A model generated the notes under the pieces. The model ran no database searches. It saw nothing but the letters and a program-made list of their open reading frames with translations, and was not told where the DNA came from. From sequence record SRR31156797_365: DNA of 53,698 nucleotides; one strand, written 5' to 3'. Positions 52,129-53,698 of this stretch are shown piece by piece (within the stretch, counting starts at the first letter, position 1; every line of letters starts with the position of its first letter). The position numbers and the translations under genes were made by a program.

Positions 52129-53698
52129 TTATTTATCATCTTTCACTTCTTCAAAATCCACGTCGGTAACCTCATCGTCACCGCCGCCACTTTGCTGGCC
52201 TCCTGCCTGTTGATCAGCGCCTGGCTGACCTCCCGGCTGGCCACCTTGTTGTTGGGACGCGTTGTACATCTCCTGGCTTGCTGCCTGGAACACTTCGTTG
52301 AGCTTTGTGGTAGCTGCATCAATGCCTTCAATGTTTTCGGCTTTGTGCGCTTCTTTCAGTTCTGCCAGAGCGTCTTCAATTGGCTTTTTCTTTTCAGCCG
52401 GAATCTTGTCGCCAAACTCTTTCAGTTGCTTTTCAGTCTGGAATATCAGCGAGTCGGCCTGGTTCAGTTTGTCAATGCGCTCTTTTACTTTCTTATCTTC
52501 ATCGGCATTGGCTTCAGCTTCGGCTTTCATCTTGTTAATTTCGTCTTCAGTAAGGCCTGAAGAAGCTTCTATACGAATACTTTGCGATTTACCGGTTCCT
52601 TTATCCTTTGCTGATACATTGAGGATACCGTTGGCATCGATGTCGAAAGTAACTTCGATTTGTGGAACGCCACGCGGTGCCGGTGGAATACCGTCCAGGT
52701 GGAAGCGGCCGATTGTCTTATTGTCTTTAGCCATGGAACGCTCACCCTGCAACACATGAATCTCTACTGAGGGCTGATTATCTGCAGCAGTGGAGAATGT
52801 TTCCGATTTCTTGGTCGGAATCGTCGTGTTCGACGGGATCAGTTTTGTGAGTACACCACCCAGTGTTTCGATACCCAGCGTAAGCGGAGTTACATCAAGG
52901 AGAAGCACGTCTTTTACTTCACCGGTAAGCACACCACCCTGGATGGCAGCACCAATGGCTACAACCTCATCAGGATTCACACCTTTTGAAGGCTCTTTGC
53001 CAAAGAAATCCTTCACCACTTTCTGGATGGCAGGGATCCTGGTTGATCCTCCAACGAGAATTACCTCGTCCACATCTGATGCTGATATACCGGCATCTTT
53101 CAGTGCCAGTTTACATGGCTCAATGGTTTTCTTGATCAGCGCATCGGCCAGCTGCTCGAATTTCGAGCGGGTCAGTTTCCTTACAAGGTGCTGCGGAATT
53201 CCGTCAACCGGCATAATGTAAGGCAGGTTCACCTCTGTTTCGCTGGAGCTTGACAGCTCGATCTTGGCTTTTTCGGCAGCTTCTTTCAGGCGCTGTAATG
53301 CCATCGGGTCTTTTTTCAGGTCGATGTTATGATCGTTCTTAAATTCCTGGGCCAGCCAGTCGATAATCACATGGTCGAAGTCGTCGCCACCGAGGTGCGT
53401 ATCACCGTTGGTTGATTTTACTTCAAAAACACCATCACCCAGTTCAAGAATAGAAATATCGAAAGTACCACCACCAAGGTCAAAAACAGCAATCTTATTG
53501 TCGTCATGTTTTTTATCCAGGCCATAGGCCAGTGAGGCCGCTGTTGGCTCGTTGATGATCCTTTTAACCTTAAGGCCTGCAATTTCGCCGGCTTCTTTTG
53601 TAGCCTGGCGTTGTGAATCACTAAAATACGCAGGTACAGTAATTACTGCCTCAGTTACGGTAGTGCCGAGATAATCTTCAGCAGTTTTCTTCATTTTC
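52129..53698 (-). CDS. dnaK: Chaperone DnaK (5' part lies outside the window)
   Basis: [52 protein letters not shown] and C-terminal DVDFEEVK. Confidence 0.99.
   Translation of the reverse strand, partial: KMKKTAEDYLGTTVTEAVITVPAYFSDSQRQATKEAGEIAGLKVKRIINEPTAASLAYGLDKKHDDNKIAVFDLGGGTFDISILELGDGVFEVKSTNGDTHLGGDDFDHVIIDWLAQEFKNDHNIDLKKDPMALQRLKEAAEKAKIELSSSSETEVNLPYIMPVDGIPQHLVRKLTRSKFEQLADALIKKTIEPCKLALKDAGISASDVDEVILVGGSTRIPAIQKVVKDFFGKEPSKGVNPDEVVAIGAAIQGGVLTGEVKDVLLLDVTPLTLGIETLGGVLTKLIPSNTTIPTKKSETFSTAADNQPSVEIHVLQGERSMAKDNKTIGRFHLDGIPPAPRGVPQIEVTFDIDANGILNVSAKDKGTGKSQSIRIEASSGLTEDEINKMKAEAEANADEDKKVKERIDKLNQADSLIFQTEKQLKEFGDKIPAEKKKPIEDALAELKEAHKAENIEGIDAATTKLNEVFQAASQEMYNASQQQGGQPGGQPGADQQAGGQQSGGGDDEVTDVDFEEVKDDK

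Noticed and set aside
52170-52260. Gln/Gly low-complexity repeat ([12 protein letters not shown])
   Set aside because: This is the ordinary disordered DnaK C-terminal tail.
52120-53221. Long plus-strand ORFs antisense to dnaK (52120-52560, 52262-52759, 52790-53221)
   Set aside because: Antisense ORFs opposite dnaK are a well-known codon-usage shadow, and there is no independent coding evidence.

Overview
This 53.7-kb window looks like chromosome from a Bacteroidota anaerobe, probably Bacteroidales-like. The inference rests on T9SS C-terminal sorting domains, TAnnTTTG -7 promoter motifs, Gln immediately after signal peptides and [FeFe]-hydrogenase maturases. The left 31 kb mixes housekeeping and accessory genes: an HD hydrolase, DUF169, a DUF6922/AbiEii-type pair whose toxin appears to carry an in-frame internal deletion, an S9 peptidase, a DUF433/DUF5615 TA pair, hydF-hydE without hydG, an ABC-2 exporter, a VOC protein, a PAS-kinase/NarL two-component system, mutS, a TrmH methylase, an OmpA-like/TPR lipoprotein, GNATs, a ROK-SGNH-GH109-GH2 glycan operon (the GH2 has a LamG domain inserted in its C-terminal domain), an M16 peptidase pair and a type-B T9SS protein. 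The standout is a 20.7-kb array (31.2-51.9 kb, directly downstream of dnaK) of five very large, very acidic T9SS type-A cargo proteins with no catalytic domain I can recognise. They are mosaics of one shared module set (LTD, Fn3-like, cleaved-adhesin/choice-of-anchor-J-like, Kre9/KNH-like Ig, chitobiase-C-like, OB-like) with different N-terminal heads, one of which carries a CXXCH motif. All family assignments come from recognising motifs by eye; no database searches were run.
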